DNA of 64,000 nucleotides from Eledone cirrhosa (GCA_964016885.1 OZ024742.1:152892001-152956000); one strand, 5' to 3'. Shown: positions 16,380 through 30,198, numbered from the stretch's first letter. Made by a program: numbers and translations. The notes: generated by a model from the sequence alone, not told the origin.

Positions 16380-19300
16380 TGTTTATTTGGGTGTTGTTAT
16401 TCCATTCATTCTTTCTGTTTAGCTTTGGTCTTCTAATTTCTATTTCACTGGCCTCTCTGATTTGCCTATCTGCTGGGTCATTTCTATGTTTAGATATTAT
16501 TCTAATTTCTATGTTGTCTATGTTACCGTCATGTTGTTGTCTAGCATGTTCGTATAGTACTGACCCGTTTTTTCGTCCTTTTAGTTCCCCCTAGTGTTGG
16601 CCTATCCTTTCACCTATGCTACGAGCTGTCTCACCTGTGTATGTTGTTGTCATGTTTCTGCAAGTACCCTCTGTACATCTTATGCTACAGACTACGTTTC
16701 TAGTTTTACAGTTTATCCGGGGGTTCACCTTACATATGATACATTTCCTATTGTTACAGTGGGTTTTCTTAAAAGGGTAGGTTTTGCTGATCAGGGATTT
16801 TATGGTGGTTCCTGACTTTTCTACCACCTTTATTTTTATGTGGGTCTTTCTCAGAGCCTTTCTACACTGGTTAGCTAATTTCCCTCCAGGGTTGGCGTCC
16901 ACAAACATGACACTCTGGTATCTCGGGTTGTCGTACCATGAGGTGGCTTTCCCTATCTTATGTCTAGCCCTATCTAAGCTATTCCATGATTTGCTCCTGT
17001 ATAATGGGCAAATTCCTTTCATGTCCAGTTCTATGAGGGTCTTATACTTTTCCATGGCTCCTTAGTATACTCTGACTCTGTCTCTTTGGTTGTAGCCAGA
17101 GAACTGCATGCGGTTGATGAAGTGTTGGATGTGTCTTTCCATTTATGTTGGGTCGCACATGCGGGACACATTCTTCATCACTCGTACCGAATCTGTGATC
17201 AGAATATTAAACTTAGCACTACTGGACATTGCTGAGTTTTTGAGTATCAGGTATTTGGAGGCCATGGGTTTAGCATAGTGTGAGTGGAGAATTTGGGCTC
17301 TCTCGTCTATAGTGTTAATCCAGAGTTCTGTGTCTAATACAGGTAGTCTATTGTTAGGGTGTTTGGAAGGGAAGTCGATAGTTACAGTTATACTCTGGTG
17401 TATGGAATTAGGTATCTGCTGGATGCTTTCCATCGTGCTACGTTCTAAATCAAACTTGTTAGTGCTCTCTAGTGGGGGTGTTCTTATAACTATATTGATA
17501 TCGTCTACATAATGAGAGTACATGATGAGGTCTATGGAGCTTTCATTAAGGAGATCTTTAAGTCTCCTTTCCCACCATACCATGAAAAGGTTGGCAACAT
17601 CACCAGCTATGCTGACGCCAATGGCTGCTCCCTCATTTTGGGTGTAGATTTTCTCGCTGAACTTAAATATGTGGCCCTTTAAGGTAGTTTTGATACTAGC
17701 CCCTATTGCATGTGCGACCATTTTTCTTACCTGATCATTGTTTTGGGGGTCCGTATAGCTTTGGTCCACCCAATCCACCTTCCCATGGGAGTTTTTTTGG
17801 CCATTGAGGTTATGGTGGGGGTCTACCTCTTATAGGTCTACTAGGGCAGAAACATCTATGGTTATGGCTGCCTAGGTAGTCAGTGTCGTAGGTAAGTCTA
17901 AGTAGGAGGCCCAGTCCGTCTGTGTCGACGTCGCAGAACTCCACCTCACTCTCAATGATCATCCCCACACATCTTTTCACAGCAAAATCAATGTTAATGG
18001 ATGGGTACAGTGACACCACATCCATGCTGCCTATTATACAGTTGGATAGGCTCCTGTTTTTGTTGCACTCACTTATTCTGCTAAGGAGGTCCTCTGTACT
18101 GTCACATACATGTGGGGACATCTTGATTATGGGGCGTATAACCATTGAGAGGAAGTAGGAGATCCTGTAGTTGCTAGCTATATTAGCTTCGCATACGGGT
18201 CTTGTTGGTGGTCCTGTTGTCGGGTTGTCGACTGTCTTGTGGTCTTTGCGGAGCCCATACAAGTGTTGTATGCCATTGTCAGACGCCTGGAAGTTGTTGG
18301 TAGTGCGTCTGCTTGGCTTTAGGATGTCAGTCCACATAATCATGTGAGCGTTGAGGGTTTTTTTCTCTCCCATCGTGTGTTTGTTGTGCAATTTCGCTCG
18401 TGTTGGTGATGTGGGGTTGCATAGCCTTGATGTAATTCGGCATGCTATCTATTGACATCCTACCAGACTTATCCGTGGGTAGACACACTACCTCACCATC
18501 CCTTGTGCGCTACTTGAGGCTAACCAATCCTTCTACAGGTTTCCTCCCAAGTTGTTGGGCCTCTGGTCTGCTCTGTCTCTTAGTATACCTATCTACTATT
18601 TGTCTAATCTTATTTCTAGCTATGGTGAACTGTGTCTCTGTCTCGTCATCTATTTGTTGTGGTATGCAAATTCTTTTATTAAAGGGTAACCTCGTAGGAT
18701 AGATATTACCCATCTTATATCTTATGTCAGCTGGGTTGAAAAATAGTTTCTCTAAGGGGTTGTCATTATATCTATCGTCATAGTTGTGTGTGTTGCTATT
18801 ATTGTTATCAGGGCGGTTGTTGTTGTTTCTATCATTAGCATTATTATTATTGTTATGATTGCTAGATGTATTGTTGTTTACTTCACCGTTATGGTTGTTG
18901 TTGTTACTGTTATTTCTACCATTGTGGTTGTTACTTTTATTATGTTTCTTGTTTTTGTTGTGTCTATCATTGATGTTGTTACATGTACTATTTCCATTAT
19001 TACCACTGTGGTTATTGTTGTTGTTGTTCGTATTGTTACCTTTATTACTACTGTGGTCGCTGTTACTGTGTCTGTGGTTAATGTTTCTATTATTATTATT
19101 ATTGTGGTTGTTGTTGTTCTGTCTATCGCTAGTATTATTACCATTATCACTATTTCTCACTTTCCTGCTATTGTTATAGTTATTGCTGTTATTTCTATAC
19201 TCAGAGTTATTGTTTATATTACTACTACCGTTATTATTATTGTTGTTTACCTTTGCATTCCAACGTATTTTTTGTGAAACACTTTTCCAGCTCCGTTTTG

Positions 19301-19859
19301 CACTCCATAGGGTTAATCTTTTTGTAGATGGCAAATGTTGGTGGTAGCCGCAGGATTTGTTGTTCTTGTTCACTGATTAAAGTGTTCCCATAGATATTAC
19401 TGTGTGGTCATTGGTAAATTCTTCCGGTAGTTTTACATCAGTCATACGGATATTGTCGATGTTATCTGGGTATTTTTGAGAATATTCGATTTTCCTTTCT
19501 TGTAGTTTTTTCTTATTCATCCATTCTAATTTCTTATTGAAATGCCTATTGTATTCGTTTCGAGCGTATTTCGTTTCACGTCGGATGACGCTCATAAAGT
19601 TATCTCTCTCGTTTGCTGTGATGAGATTTCGGATTTCCTTAACGTTAATGCGTTTCTGTCTGTAGAGTGCGTTGACTTTTGTGTATGTTGTTCTTTTCAT
19701 ATTAACTGTTATTGTGTGTTTTAGTCGTTCAGCTTGTGTTTTGTTCAATAATAAATTATTTACTTGTTTCGATATGTTTGTTGTGTATGTTTTGGAGGAA
19801 ACACAGTGTTTTAAGAAGCGGATTTGTTCTGTTGTTATTCTGCAAATATTGTGGGTCAA
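16380..19859 (-). pseudogene. Decayed Penelope-like element (RT + GIY-YIG), probably Naiad-type
   Basis: Frameshifted pieces: TRPVCEAN, IGSMDVVSLYPSI, GAAIGVSIAG, HYVDD, DFPSKHPNNRLPVLD, HYAKPMAS, PLYRSKSW, IKVVEKSG, CNNRKCIIC, NVVCSIRC...YTGETARSIGERIGQH; Asn-rich insert ~18780-19245. Clade call is from recalled motif pattern. Confidence 0.85.
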
Positions 19860-20253
19860 CTTTCACTATATCATTTAGAGTGGCAGTACACACTTAGAGA
19901 TTACATTCATATTAAAAGGTACAATCAAAAATCAAAAATACAGGTTAAAATACAACATGAAATTAAGCGGTTATATAGTGCAAATGATATATGTGTGGCA
20001 AGCACGTGCGTCTTGTTTATATAGTGTGGCCTACCTAAGTGCTTCTACTACACGTAACTCTCTGCCCCACTATATAAACAAGACGCACGTGCTTGCCACA
20101 AATATAACATTTGCACTATATAACCGCTTATTTTCATGTTGTATTTTAACCTGTATTTTTGATTTTTGATCGTACCTTTTAATATGAATGTAAACTCTAA
20201 GTGTGTACTGCCACTATAAATGATATAATGAATGTTGACCCACAATATTTGCA
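19841..20253. repeat. ~190-bp-arm inverted repeat at the 5' end of the PLE
   Basis: 19841-20030 is the reverse complement of 20064-20253 with a few mismatches; ~33-nt loop. Confidence 0.92.
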
Positions 20254-20316
20254 TATGTATCTGTATGTCTCTTGGGTGAAAAGGAGGTCATATAACTGTC
20301 CATTCATTAATAAATA

Positions 20317-20361
20317 GCTCCGAACAATCCAAACCTCGGTTTGGAGGAAACAGTTGTAAGC
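20317..20361 (+). ncRNA. Degenerate minimal hammerhead (CCGAACA core)
   Basis: GCT-CCGAACA-ATCCAAACC tc GGTTTGGAG-GAAA-CAGTTG-TA-AGC; homolog at 31027-31075. Confidence 0.55.
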
Positions 20362-20601
20362 ACAAAAATGTTTTGAACAGTTCTTTGATTCTTATATTTC
20401 ATATAACTGCTCTGTAAATCATCTCATCTGATGTTTCTACATTGAACTACTTAACTTACTGGTAATAAGGTAGTAATATATTACTGCCTACCACTATTTA
20501 GGGTTTGTATAAAAAATACATATAACTGCAAAAGGTTTTTGTATTCACATAACCATAAATAGTATAATTAATACTATATATATATACATATATATATATA
20601 T

Positions 20602-20811
<210 letters not shown>

Positions 20812-20847
20812 AATAAATAACAAAGAACGCTTATAGCATATGCATAT

Positions 20848-20905
20848 CTTTACTTGCTAACATTGTTTCATCCGCACTATAAGTGGGACTCATCAGAGCA
20901 TAAAG
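20848..20905 (-). ncRNA. Minimal type I hammerhead
   Basis: CTTTATGCT-CTGATGA-GTCC CACT tat AGTG c GGAT-GAAA-CAATG-TT-AGCAAGTAAAG on the minus strand. Confidence 0.75.
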
Positions 20906-21576
20906 GTTAATTACATACCATACAAGCAATAACAAATCCAAGACATTGAAGTATGAAAGGTAATAATAGACGATAGAGGATAAGAATAAAAATAAAAATA
21001 AAAATAAAAGTAAAAATAAAAATAAAAATAAAAATAAGGGGTGCTATCAGTCACAGTTGGGCGGTGTGCTGTCAACATATAGTTACATACAAGCATACAC
21101 ATGGATAAGAGAACAGACAAGAGTAGGTAAGATAATGGGATTAGGTAAGAGTAGGTAAAAAATAGGTAAAAAATAGGTAAAAAATAGGTAAAAAATAGGT
21201 AAAAAACAGACTTATAATATATATAAAAAGAAATACAAAGAAATACATAACAAACTTACATATAAAATATAAAATATAGGGTAAGGAATGAGATAAAATA
21301 ATATAAAATTAAAAATTAAAAATTATATACATAGAACATAATATAGTATAATCGTAAAATAAGATAAAATAAGGTAAACTAAAATCAAATAACATAGACT
21401 AAATTAAAATAATATAATATAAGATATAATTAAAATCAAATGTATAATTATATGTATAATTAAATGTAATTAAATGTAATTAAATAAATAAATAAATAAA
21501 TAAATAAAAATTAAATAAATAAATAAAATTAAAATTTAAATTTTAAAATTTAAAAATTAAAATCTAAATTTAAATA

Positions 21577-21623
<47 letters not shown>

Positions 21624-22626
21624 ATGGAGTCAAGTAAGTAAATAAATAAAATTAGATAACATGAAATGAAATAAAATAAAATGAAATAAAGTAAATTGAG
21701 ATAAGATATATATTTTTTTAGAATATATCTCTTGAATATATCAGGGGCCCACGAAGGCACTAAATGTCACAGTTATGTGTATCACTTGACCAATTTCTTA
21801 AAATATATTTCTTGAAAACATCAGGGGCCCACGAAGGCACTAAGTGTCACAGTCACCAGTATCACTTGACCATTGCAAGGCAATGGAGGCGTCCCAGGTT
21901 GGGCAGTCTCGAAAGTTCACTCGAAAGTCATGGGTGTGCATTCACACAGTTGAGCGGTGGGGTAATCACAAACCGGTTCACACACCAATTTTTTAAAATA
22001 TATTTCTTGAAAACATCAGGGGCCCACGAAGGCACTAAGTGTCACAGTCACCAGTATCACTTGACCATTGCAAGGCAATGGAGGCGTCCCAGGTTGGGCA
22101 GTCTCGAAAGTTCACTCGAAAGTCATGGGTGTGCATTCACACAGTTGAGCGGTGGGGTAATCACAAACCGGTTCACACACGGGCAGGAGTCGAATGGTCA
22201 GAGAGGTGCATCAAAGGAGGTAGAAGAATTCACATGCATTAGCAAGCGAGGTGAGGTTAAAGCAAGCAGACACAGTTGTAGCGCATACAAAATATATATA
22301 AAAAGACAGAAGATATATAAAAAAAAATAGCTTCAAGAGCCATTAAGTCACCGCATTGGGACATCACAAGATTGTACACATCAATATGTTCAGCACGTAT
22401 ATGCACGTATACACACCACATGCATATGCAGAGACGGTATACATATATATATATATATTTTTTTTTATATATACACACAGACACATATAACCACCTACAC
22501 CCATACACATATAAATGTATACACGGGCACACACGCACACACACACAGACGACCAACATTAGGAGACAGTTACACTCAGTCAGAGACAGTTACACTAGAC
22601 AGCCCAACTGGAGGAATAAGGACGTG

Positions 22627-23634
22627 CTAGCTAACAGGTTTAAAGTAGAAGAAAGAGCTTAATATTCGGTGGGGGCAAGAGGAAAAAATGTCAGACTTTC
22701 TATTTAATAGAGGGCATTTAGCAAATATAATAGAGTGGGATTCGGCAAGGCACAGGTTGCATACTCTACTATGAGAAGTATATGGATGGGATTTAGCAAC
22801 CTGCCGCCAAGTAAGTGTGTAAGGTGTTCGTGCATTTTTTAAATTATGGACGTACGCTGCCAAGGAGGTGGAGTTCTTCAGTTTATTATGTCTAAAAGTG
22901 CATTGATGAGAGTTAAACCTGGTCTTAAAGGGGGTGGAAGTTGATCCTATATAGGTCATAGTGGACGCCGTAGTTACCACATCACACGCATAAACTATGT
23001 TTCTAACAAGGCAGAAACCATTCAGGGGGCAGCCCGAAGCCCTTCTACAGTTACAACCTCTGGTGATGCTATTCTCAGAAAGATCACCACCAGTGTTACT
23101 GCCCACTCTATCCACTACCGTGTTTTCCCCTAGGCTTAGGTTGTCCAGGCCTTCCTTTATTTTCTTATTATTAGTAATGGCCAGATGAGAGGCCAGATTT
23201 TGGGTTGTAGAATACGAAAGTTTAACAACATTCTTATTGAGGATAGAGTGGTACCTATTACCAGGAGGGAAGTTCCGTTCTAGCACAGAGAAGAAGGCCC
23301 TAGGAATATTTGTAGCCACTTCAGAATTAAAAGGGGGGTTGAAGTATGTATTCAATCTTCTTCTATTCTTTTTATTCTTTCTATTTCCATCAGTATTATT
23401 AGCATTATTATTTCTACGGTTCCTATGCTCACCTAGTCTATGCGGGGAGCTGCGAGGCCCACCATTGCTATTACTTAGACTAATGGTGCCATGCTGGTTC
23501 ATTCCACCGGCATCTAGAAACCTCCCGTTCACGACACCTCTATTGTTATTACTTAGACTAATGGTGCCCTGCTGTTTCATTCCACCGGCATTTAGAACCC
23601 TCCCATTCGCGACACCTCGATTACCAATGGACAT
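22627..23634 (-). CDS. PLE linker + GIY-YIG endonuclease, uninterrupted 335-aa frame
   Basis: YFNPPF, KLSYS, CNCRRASGCPLNGFC, NIVY...TYIGST...FKTRFNSH, CNLCLAE, SCPHR; N-terminal ~26-aa duplication; same type as the 54676-59952 PLE. Confidence 0.85.
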   Translation of the reverse strand: MSIGNRGVANGRVLNAGGMKQQGTISLSNNNRGVVNGRFLDAGGMNQHGTISLSNSNGGPRSSPHRLGEHRNRRNNNANNTDGNRKNKKNRRRLNTYFNPPFNSEVATNIPRAFFSVLERNFPPGNRYHSILNKNVVKLSYSTTQNLASHLAITNNKKIKEGLDNLSLGENTVVDRVGSNTGGDLSENSITRGCNCRRASGCPLNGFCLVRNIVYACDVVTTASTMTYIGSTSTPFKTRFNSHQCTFRHNKLKNSTSLAAYVHNLKNARTPYTLTWRQVAKSHPYTSHSRVCNLCLAESHSIIFAKCPLLNRKSDIFSSCPHRILSSFFYFKPVS

Positions 23635-24441
23635 ATTATGTGTTATAACAACACTGGTAGAGCTACTATTAATATCGTATTTAATATCGGCTTTGACCCG
23701 GGTGTCCTACGCTGTGTGTGTGTGCGTGTGTGCCCGTGTATACATTTATATGTGTATGGGTGTAGGTGGTTATATGTGTCTGTGTGTATATATAAAAAAA
23801 TATATATATATATATATGTATACCGTCTCTGCATATGCATGTGGTGTGTATGCGTGCATATACGTGCTGAACATATTGATGTGTACAATCTTGTGATGTC
23901 CCAATGCGGTGACTTAATGGCTCTTGAAGCTATTTTTTTTTATATATCTTCTGTCTTTTTATATATATTTTGTATGCGCTACAACTGTGTCTGCTTGCTT
24001 TAACCTCACCTCGCTTGCTAATGCATGTGAATTCTTCTACCTCCTTTGATGCACCTCTCTGACCATTCGACTCCTGCCCGTGTGTGAACCGGTTTGTGAT
24101 TACCCCACCGCTCAACTGTGTGAATGCACACCCATGACTTTCGAGTGAACTTTCGAGACTGCCCAACCTGGGACGCCTCCATTGCCTTGCAATGGTCAAG
24201 TGATACTGGTGACTGTGACACTTAGTGCCTTCGTGGGCCCCTGATGTTTTCAAGAAATATATTTTAAGAAATTGGTCAAGTGATACACATAACTGTGACA
24301 TTTAGTGCCTTCGTGGGCCCCTGATATATTCAAGAGATATATTCTAAAAAAATATATATCTTATCTCAATTTACTTTATTTCATTTTATTTTATTTCATT
24401 TCATGTTATCTAATTTTATTTATTTACTTACTTGACTCCAT

Positions 24442-24480
<39 letters not shown>

Positions 24481-24549
24481 TATTTAAATTTAGATTTTAA
24501 TTTTAAAATTTTAAAATTTAAATTTTAATTTTATTTATTTATTTAATTT

Positions 24550-24581
<32 letters not shown>

Positions 24582-25162
24582 TTACATTTAATTACATTTA
24601 ATTATACATATAATTATACATTTGATTTTAATTATATCTTATATTATATTATTTTAATTTAGTCTATGTTATTTGATTTTAGTTTACCTTATTTTATCTT
24701 ATTTTACGATTATACTATATTATGTTCTATGTATATAATTTTTAATTTTTAATTTTATATTATTTTATCTCATTCCTTACCCTATATTTTATATTTTATA
24801 TTTTATATGTAAGTTTGTTATGTATTTCTTTGTATTTCTTTTTATATATATTATAAGTCTGTTTTTTACCTATTTTTTACCTATTTTTTACCTATTTTTT
24901 ACCTATTTTTTACCTACACTTACCTAATCCCATTATCTTACCTACTCTTGTCTGTTCTCTTATCCATGTGTATGCTTGTATGTAACTATATGTTGCCAGC
25001 ACACCGCCCAACTGTGACTGATAGCACCCCTTATTTTTATTTTTATTTTTATTTTTACATTTATTTTTATTTTTATTTTTATTCTTATCCTCTATCGTCT
25101 ATTATTACCTTTCATTCTTCAATGTCTTGGATTTGTTATTGCTTGTATGGTATGTAATTAAC

Positions 25163-25220
25163 CTTTATGCTCTGATGAGTCCCACTTATAGTGCGGATGA
25201 AACAATGTTAGCAAGTAAAG
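25163..25220 (+). ncRNA. Minimal type I hammerhead
   Basis: Same motif as 20848-20905, CTGATGA at 25172-25178. Confidence 0.75.
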
Positions 25221-25367
25221 ATATGCATATGCTATAAGCGTTCTTTGTTATTTATTTATTATATTACGGCTCTGTCCTCAGACATTGAGCTAACCGCATA
25301 CTGCCTGCTGGATAAGTGGAGTGTTATACACCCCTGATCCTTTCCCTAGCTATCTATATATATATAC

Positions 25368-25414
<47 letters not shown>

Positions 25415-25443
25415 TATACATATATATATACATATATATATAC

Positions 25444-25474
<31 letters not shown>

Positions 25475-25503
25475 CATATATATATATATACATATATATA
25501 TAC

Positions 25504-25534
<31 letters not shown>

Positions 25535-26036
25535 CATATATATATACATATATATACATATATATATACATATATATGTAGATAAATCTACCAAAAGTTT
25601 ACGGTAGTGTCCAATCCGTATTTATTGATACATTTTTATAAGTATGTCGAGATTGACACTTTCGTTTAATTACTATACTCCCTTACCTCTTTTACTTCCG
25701 CATCTAAATGTAAGTGTGTGTGGGCGTGTTTATGTGAGCGTCTCAATATTCATATACTTATGATATATATATATATATTCTGTCTGTCGATTACAGACAT
25801 ACAGATACATTAGCCCTAAATGTTATATTTACATACACTTTTTCACTATACGTATACATATGAGCATACACTTTTATGCACATCTGTGAGCGTATTTACA
25901 TACATATATACACACCTAACTGTATTTTCTTGATAAATTTTTATGTATCTCAATCTTTATTTCATTGGTCTATTCAAAATCTGTTCCCAAACAGACCTAT
26001 TATTTTGAATTATTGTTATTATCAATAAACAAGCAT

Positions 26037-26175
26037 CATTATTTCTGAAGACAGCATATATATGTGAAGGTATGTATATTCTCTCTGATAGTTTGTATAA
26101 TTTTGTACATAGATCTTTTGAATATGCATACCAATTCTAACACATATATGTCCTAGAAATGATCGTAAAATAATG
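26037..26175 (+). ncRNA. Type I hammerhead with extended stem II, in pLTR-like remnant ~25578-26240
   Basis: CATTATTT-CTGAAGA(26045)-CATATATGTG..GGTATGTATATTC..GAATATGCATACC..CACATATATG-GAAA(26156)-TGATCG-TA-AAATAATG; perfect 8-bp stem I. Confidence 0.78.
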
Positions 26176-26240
26176 AACTTTTTTTGTTTAATATAAGGAA
26201 CTGTTTCTTTGTTTATTCATTATTTTTTAATAATTTATAC

Positions 26241-26293
<53 letters not shown>

Positions 26294-26328
26294 CACATAT
26301 ATATATATATACATATATATATATACAC

Positions 26329-26361
<33 letters not shown>

Positions 26362-26583
26362 CATACATATATATATATATACACACATATATATATATAT
26401 ACACACATATATATATATATATATATCACATATATATATATATATATACATATATATATACACACACACATATATATATACACACACACATATATATACA
26501 CACACACACATATATTTATATACATATATATATATATACACACACATATATATATACATATATACACACACATATATATATAC

Positions 26584-26614
<31 letters not shown>

Positions 26615-26619
26615 CATAC

Positions 26620-26702
<83 letters not shown>

Positions 26703-26754
26703 CATATACATATATATATATATACATATATATATATACATATATATATATATT

Positions 26755-27305
26755 CGGGTAAATATTGATGCAATTCAAATCAAGCACTCGACGTACTTTT
26801 TCCCATAGGAGTGACGGAGTAAATCTCGAATAAGGAAAAGCGAAGTAGTTTCAGATGTTCAAGTCCTTTAATAATAATGCTGTGATATATATTTCAATGG
26901 CGACACTGGCCACACTCTTCTCTGTGCGAGTATCGTGACATCATCAGACAGCTTGTTACATAATAAGGTTATGTTTCCGAGGTAATCCAAATTGAATCGA
27001 CATGGGAACGGATGAAATGCGTGCTTTTCGGTTTATCACCCGTTCCCATGTGACTACCAATTCACACCAACCGGTCTGCGCGTGCGCATGTCCGAAGGAA
27101 GTTGACCATTAGCTACCGCAGATTTCAACGAAATTCGCTTAGTCAGTTCACCCTCTCAGTCACACAATGGCCCGTACCATAGTTTACTGCTACCCATCTC
27201 GCCTGTGGTAGTCAGTCGAAAGCCAGAGCGCGTGGGAGAGTATTAGTTTATACAGGTAATAATACTACCTCTCACCTAGCGTGGAAAGTACGACCGACCA
27301 TCATA
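26755..27305 (-). mobile_element. Retrozyme-like structured non-coding unit in (TA)n
   Basis: GC-richer ~550-bp island with a hammerhead at 26879-26952 and several long helices; no ORF. Confidence 0.6.
26879..26952 (-). ncRNA. Type I hammerhead ribozyme
   Basis: Minus strand: GCTGT-CTGATGA-stem II (CGATACT/AGTGTCG, CGCAC/GTGTG)-GAAA-TATATA-TC-ACAGC. Confidence 0.82.
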
Positions 27306-27338
27306 CATATATATATATATATATACATATATATATAC

Positions 27339-27394
<56 letters not shown>

Positions 27395-27523
27395 TGTTAT
27401 ACTTTGGGAGGGTCATGCTGCCAATAAGAAACACACGCACCAATTGATTTCACTTCAATTTATTATCGGTTTCAACACACGATTTGAGATAAAGAATCTT
27501 GCTAAACAAATTCAGAAACGACA

Positions 27524-27555
<32 letters not shown>

Positions 27556-27556
27556 C

Positions 27557-27587
<31 letters not shown>

Positions 27588-27724
27588 CATATATATACAT
27601 ATATATATATATACATATATATATATACATATATATATACACATATATATATATATATACATATATACATACATATATATACATTTATATATACACATAT
27701 ATATATATATATATACATATATAC

Positions 27725-27755
<31 letters not shown>

Positions 27756-27879
27756 CTTATATATATATACATATATATATACATATATATATATACATAT
27801 ATATATACACATATATATATATACATATATATATATATGTGTATATATATATGTATATATATATATGTATATATATATG

Positions 27880-27924
<45 letters not shown>

Positions 27925-27961
27925 GTATTTATGTATATATATATATATGTGTATATAGTAT

Positions 27962-28684
27962 GCTAGGGAAAGGATCAGGGGTGTATAACACTCCACTTAT
28001 CCAGCAGGCAGTATGAGGTTAGCTCAATGTCTGAGGACAGAGCCGTAATATAATAAATAACAAAGAACGCTTATAGCATATGCATATCTTTACTTGCTAA
28101 CATTGTTTCATCCGCACTATAAGTGGGACTCATCAGAGCATAAAGGTTAATTACATACCATACAAGTAATAACAAATCCAAGACATTGAAGAATGAAAGG
28201 TAATAATAGACGATAAAGGATAAGAATAAAAATAAAAGTAAAAATAAAAATAAAAATAAGGGGTGCTATCAGTCACAGTTGGGCGGGGTGCTGTCAACAT
28301 ATAGTTACATACAAGCATACACATGGATAAGAGAACAGACAAGAGTAGACACATGGATAAGAGAACAGACAAGAGTAGATAAGATAATGGGATTATGTAA
28401 GAGTAGGTAAAAAATAGATAAAAAATAGGTGAAAAACAGACTTATAATATATATAAAAAGAAATACAAAGAAATACATAACAAACTTACATATAAAATAT
28501 AGGGTAAGGAATGAGATAAAATAATATAAAATTAAAAATTAAAAATTATATACATAGCACACAATATAATATAATCGTAAAATAAGATAAAATAAGGTAA
28601 ACTAAAATCAAATAACATAGACTAAATTATAATAATATAATATAAGATATAATTAAATGTATAATTAAATGTAATTAAATGTAA

Positions 28685-28748
<64 letters not shown>

Positions 28749-29323
28749 AAATTAAATAAATAAATAAAATTAAAATTTAAATTTTAAAATTAAAATTAAA
28801 ATTTAAATTTAAATAAATAAATAAATAAATAAATGGAGTCAAGTAAGTAAATAAATAAAATTAGATAACATGAAATGAAATAAAATAAAATGAAATAAAG
28901 TAAATTGAGATAAGATATATATTTTTTTAGAATATATCTCTTGAATATATCAGGGGCCCACGAAGGCACTAAGTGTCACAGTTATCTGTATCACTTGACC
29001 AATTTTTTAAAATATATTTCAAAAAATATATTTAAAATATATTTTAAAAATATATTTAAAATATATTTTAAAAAATTGGTCAAGTGATACACATAACTGT
29101 GACACTTAGTGCCTTCGTGGGCCCCTGATATATTCAAGAGATATATTCTAAAAAAATATATATCTTATCTCAATTTACTTTATTTCATTTTATTTTATTT
29201 CATTTCATGTTATCTAATTTTATTTATTTACTTACTTGACTCCATTTATTTATTTATTTATTTATTTAAATTTAAATTTAAATTTTAATATTTAAATTTA
29301 AATTTTATTTATTTATTTAATTT

Positions 29324-29363
<40 letters not shown>

Positions 29364-29997
29364 TTACATTTAATTACATTTAATTATACGTTTAATTTTA
29401 TCTTATATTATATTATTTTAATTTAGTCTATGTTATTTGATTTTAGTTTACCTTATTTTATCTTATTTTACGATTATATTATATTATGTTCTATGTATAT
29501 AATTTTTAATTTTTAATTTTATATTATTTTATCTCATTCCTTACCCTATATTTTATATGTAAGTTTGTTATGTATTTCTTTGTATTTCTTTTTATATATA
29601 TTATAAGTCTGTTTTTCACCTATTTTTTACCTATTTTTTACCTACTCTTACCTAATCCCATTATCTTATCTACTCTTGTCTGTTCTCTTATCCATGTGTC
29701 TACTCTTGTCTGTTCTCTTATCCATGTGTATGCTTGTATGTAACTATATGTTGACAGCACCCCGCCCAACTGTGACTGATAGCATCCCTTATTTTTATTT
29801 TTATTTTTACTTTTATTTTTATTCTTATCCTTTATCGTCTATTATTACCTTTCATTCGTCAATGTCTTGGATTTGTTATTGCTTGTATGGTATGTAATTA
29901 ACCTTTATGCTCTGATGAGTCCCACTTATAGTGCGGATGAAACAATGTTAGCAAGTAAAGATATGCATATGCTATAAGCGTTCTTTGTTATTTATTA
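27962..29997. mobile_element. Non-coding ~2-kb palindrome made of two inverted pLTRs of the 20808-25350 family
   Basis: ~28047-29020 is the reverse complement of ~29055-29997; hammerheads at 28088-28145 (-) and 29903-29960 (+); tail 27962-28050 on the left arm only. Confidence 0.9.
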
Positions 29998-30062
29998 TAT
30001 TATATATATGTGTATATATATATGTATATATATATATGTATATATATATATGTATATATATG

Positions 30063-30152
<90 letters not shown>

Positions 30153-30198
30153 GGTATATATATATATGTATATATATATATATGTATATATATATATG

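Noticed and set aside
18510-19373. Asn-rich 287-aa ORF as a host gene
   Set aside because: AAT/AAC expansion inside the N-terminal part of the decayed PLE ORF.
21741-22180. CRISPR-like repeats (TCAGGGGCCCACGAAGGCACTAA x3)
   Set aside because: Irregular spacing, intervening sequence is itself duplicated, eukaryotic retroelement context, no cas genes.
21764-24301. ORFs 21764-22330 (+) and 23930-24301 (-)
   Set aside because: Mirror images within pLTR arms, antisense to the element; the 65-aa repeat just reflects the 195-bp duplication.
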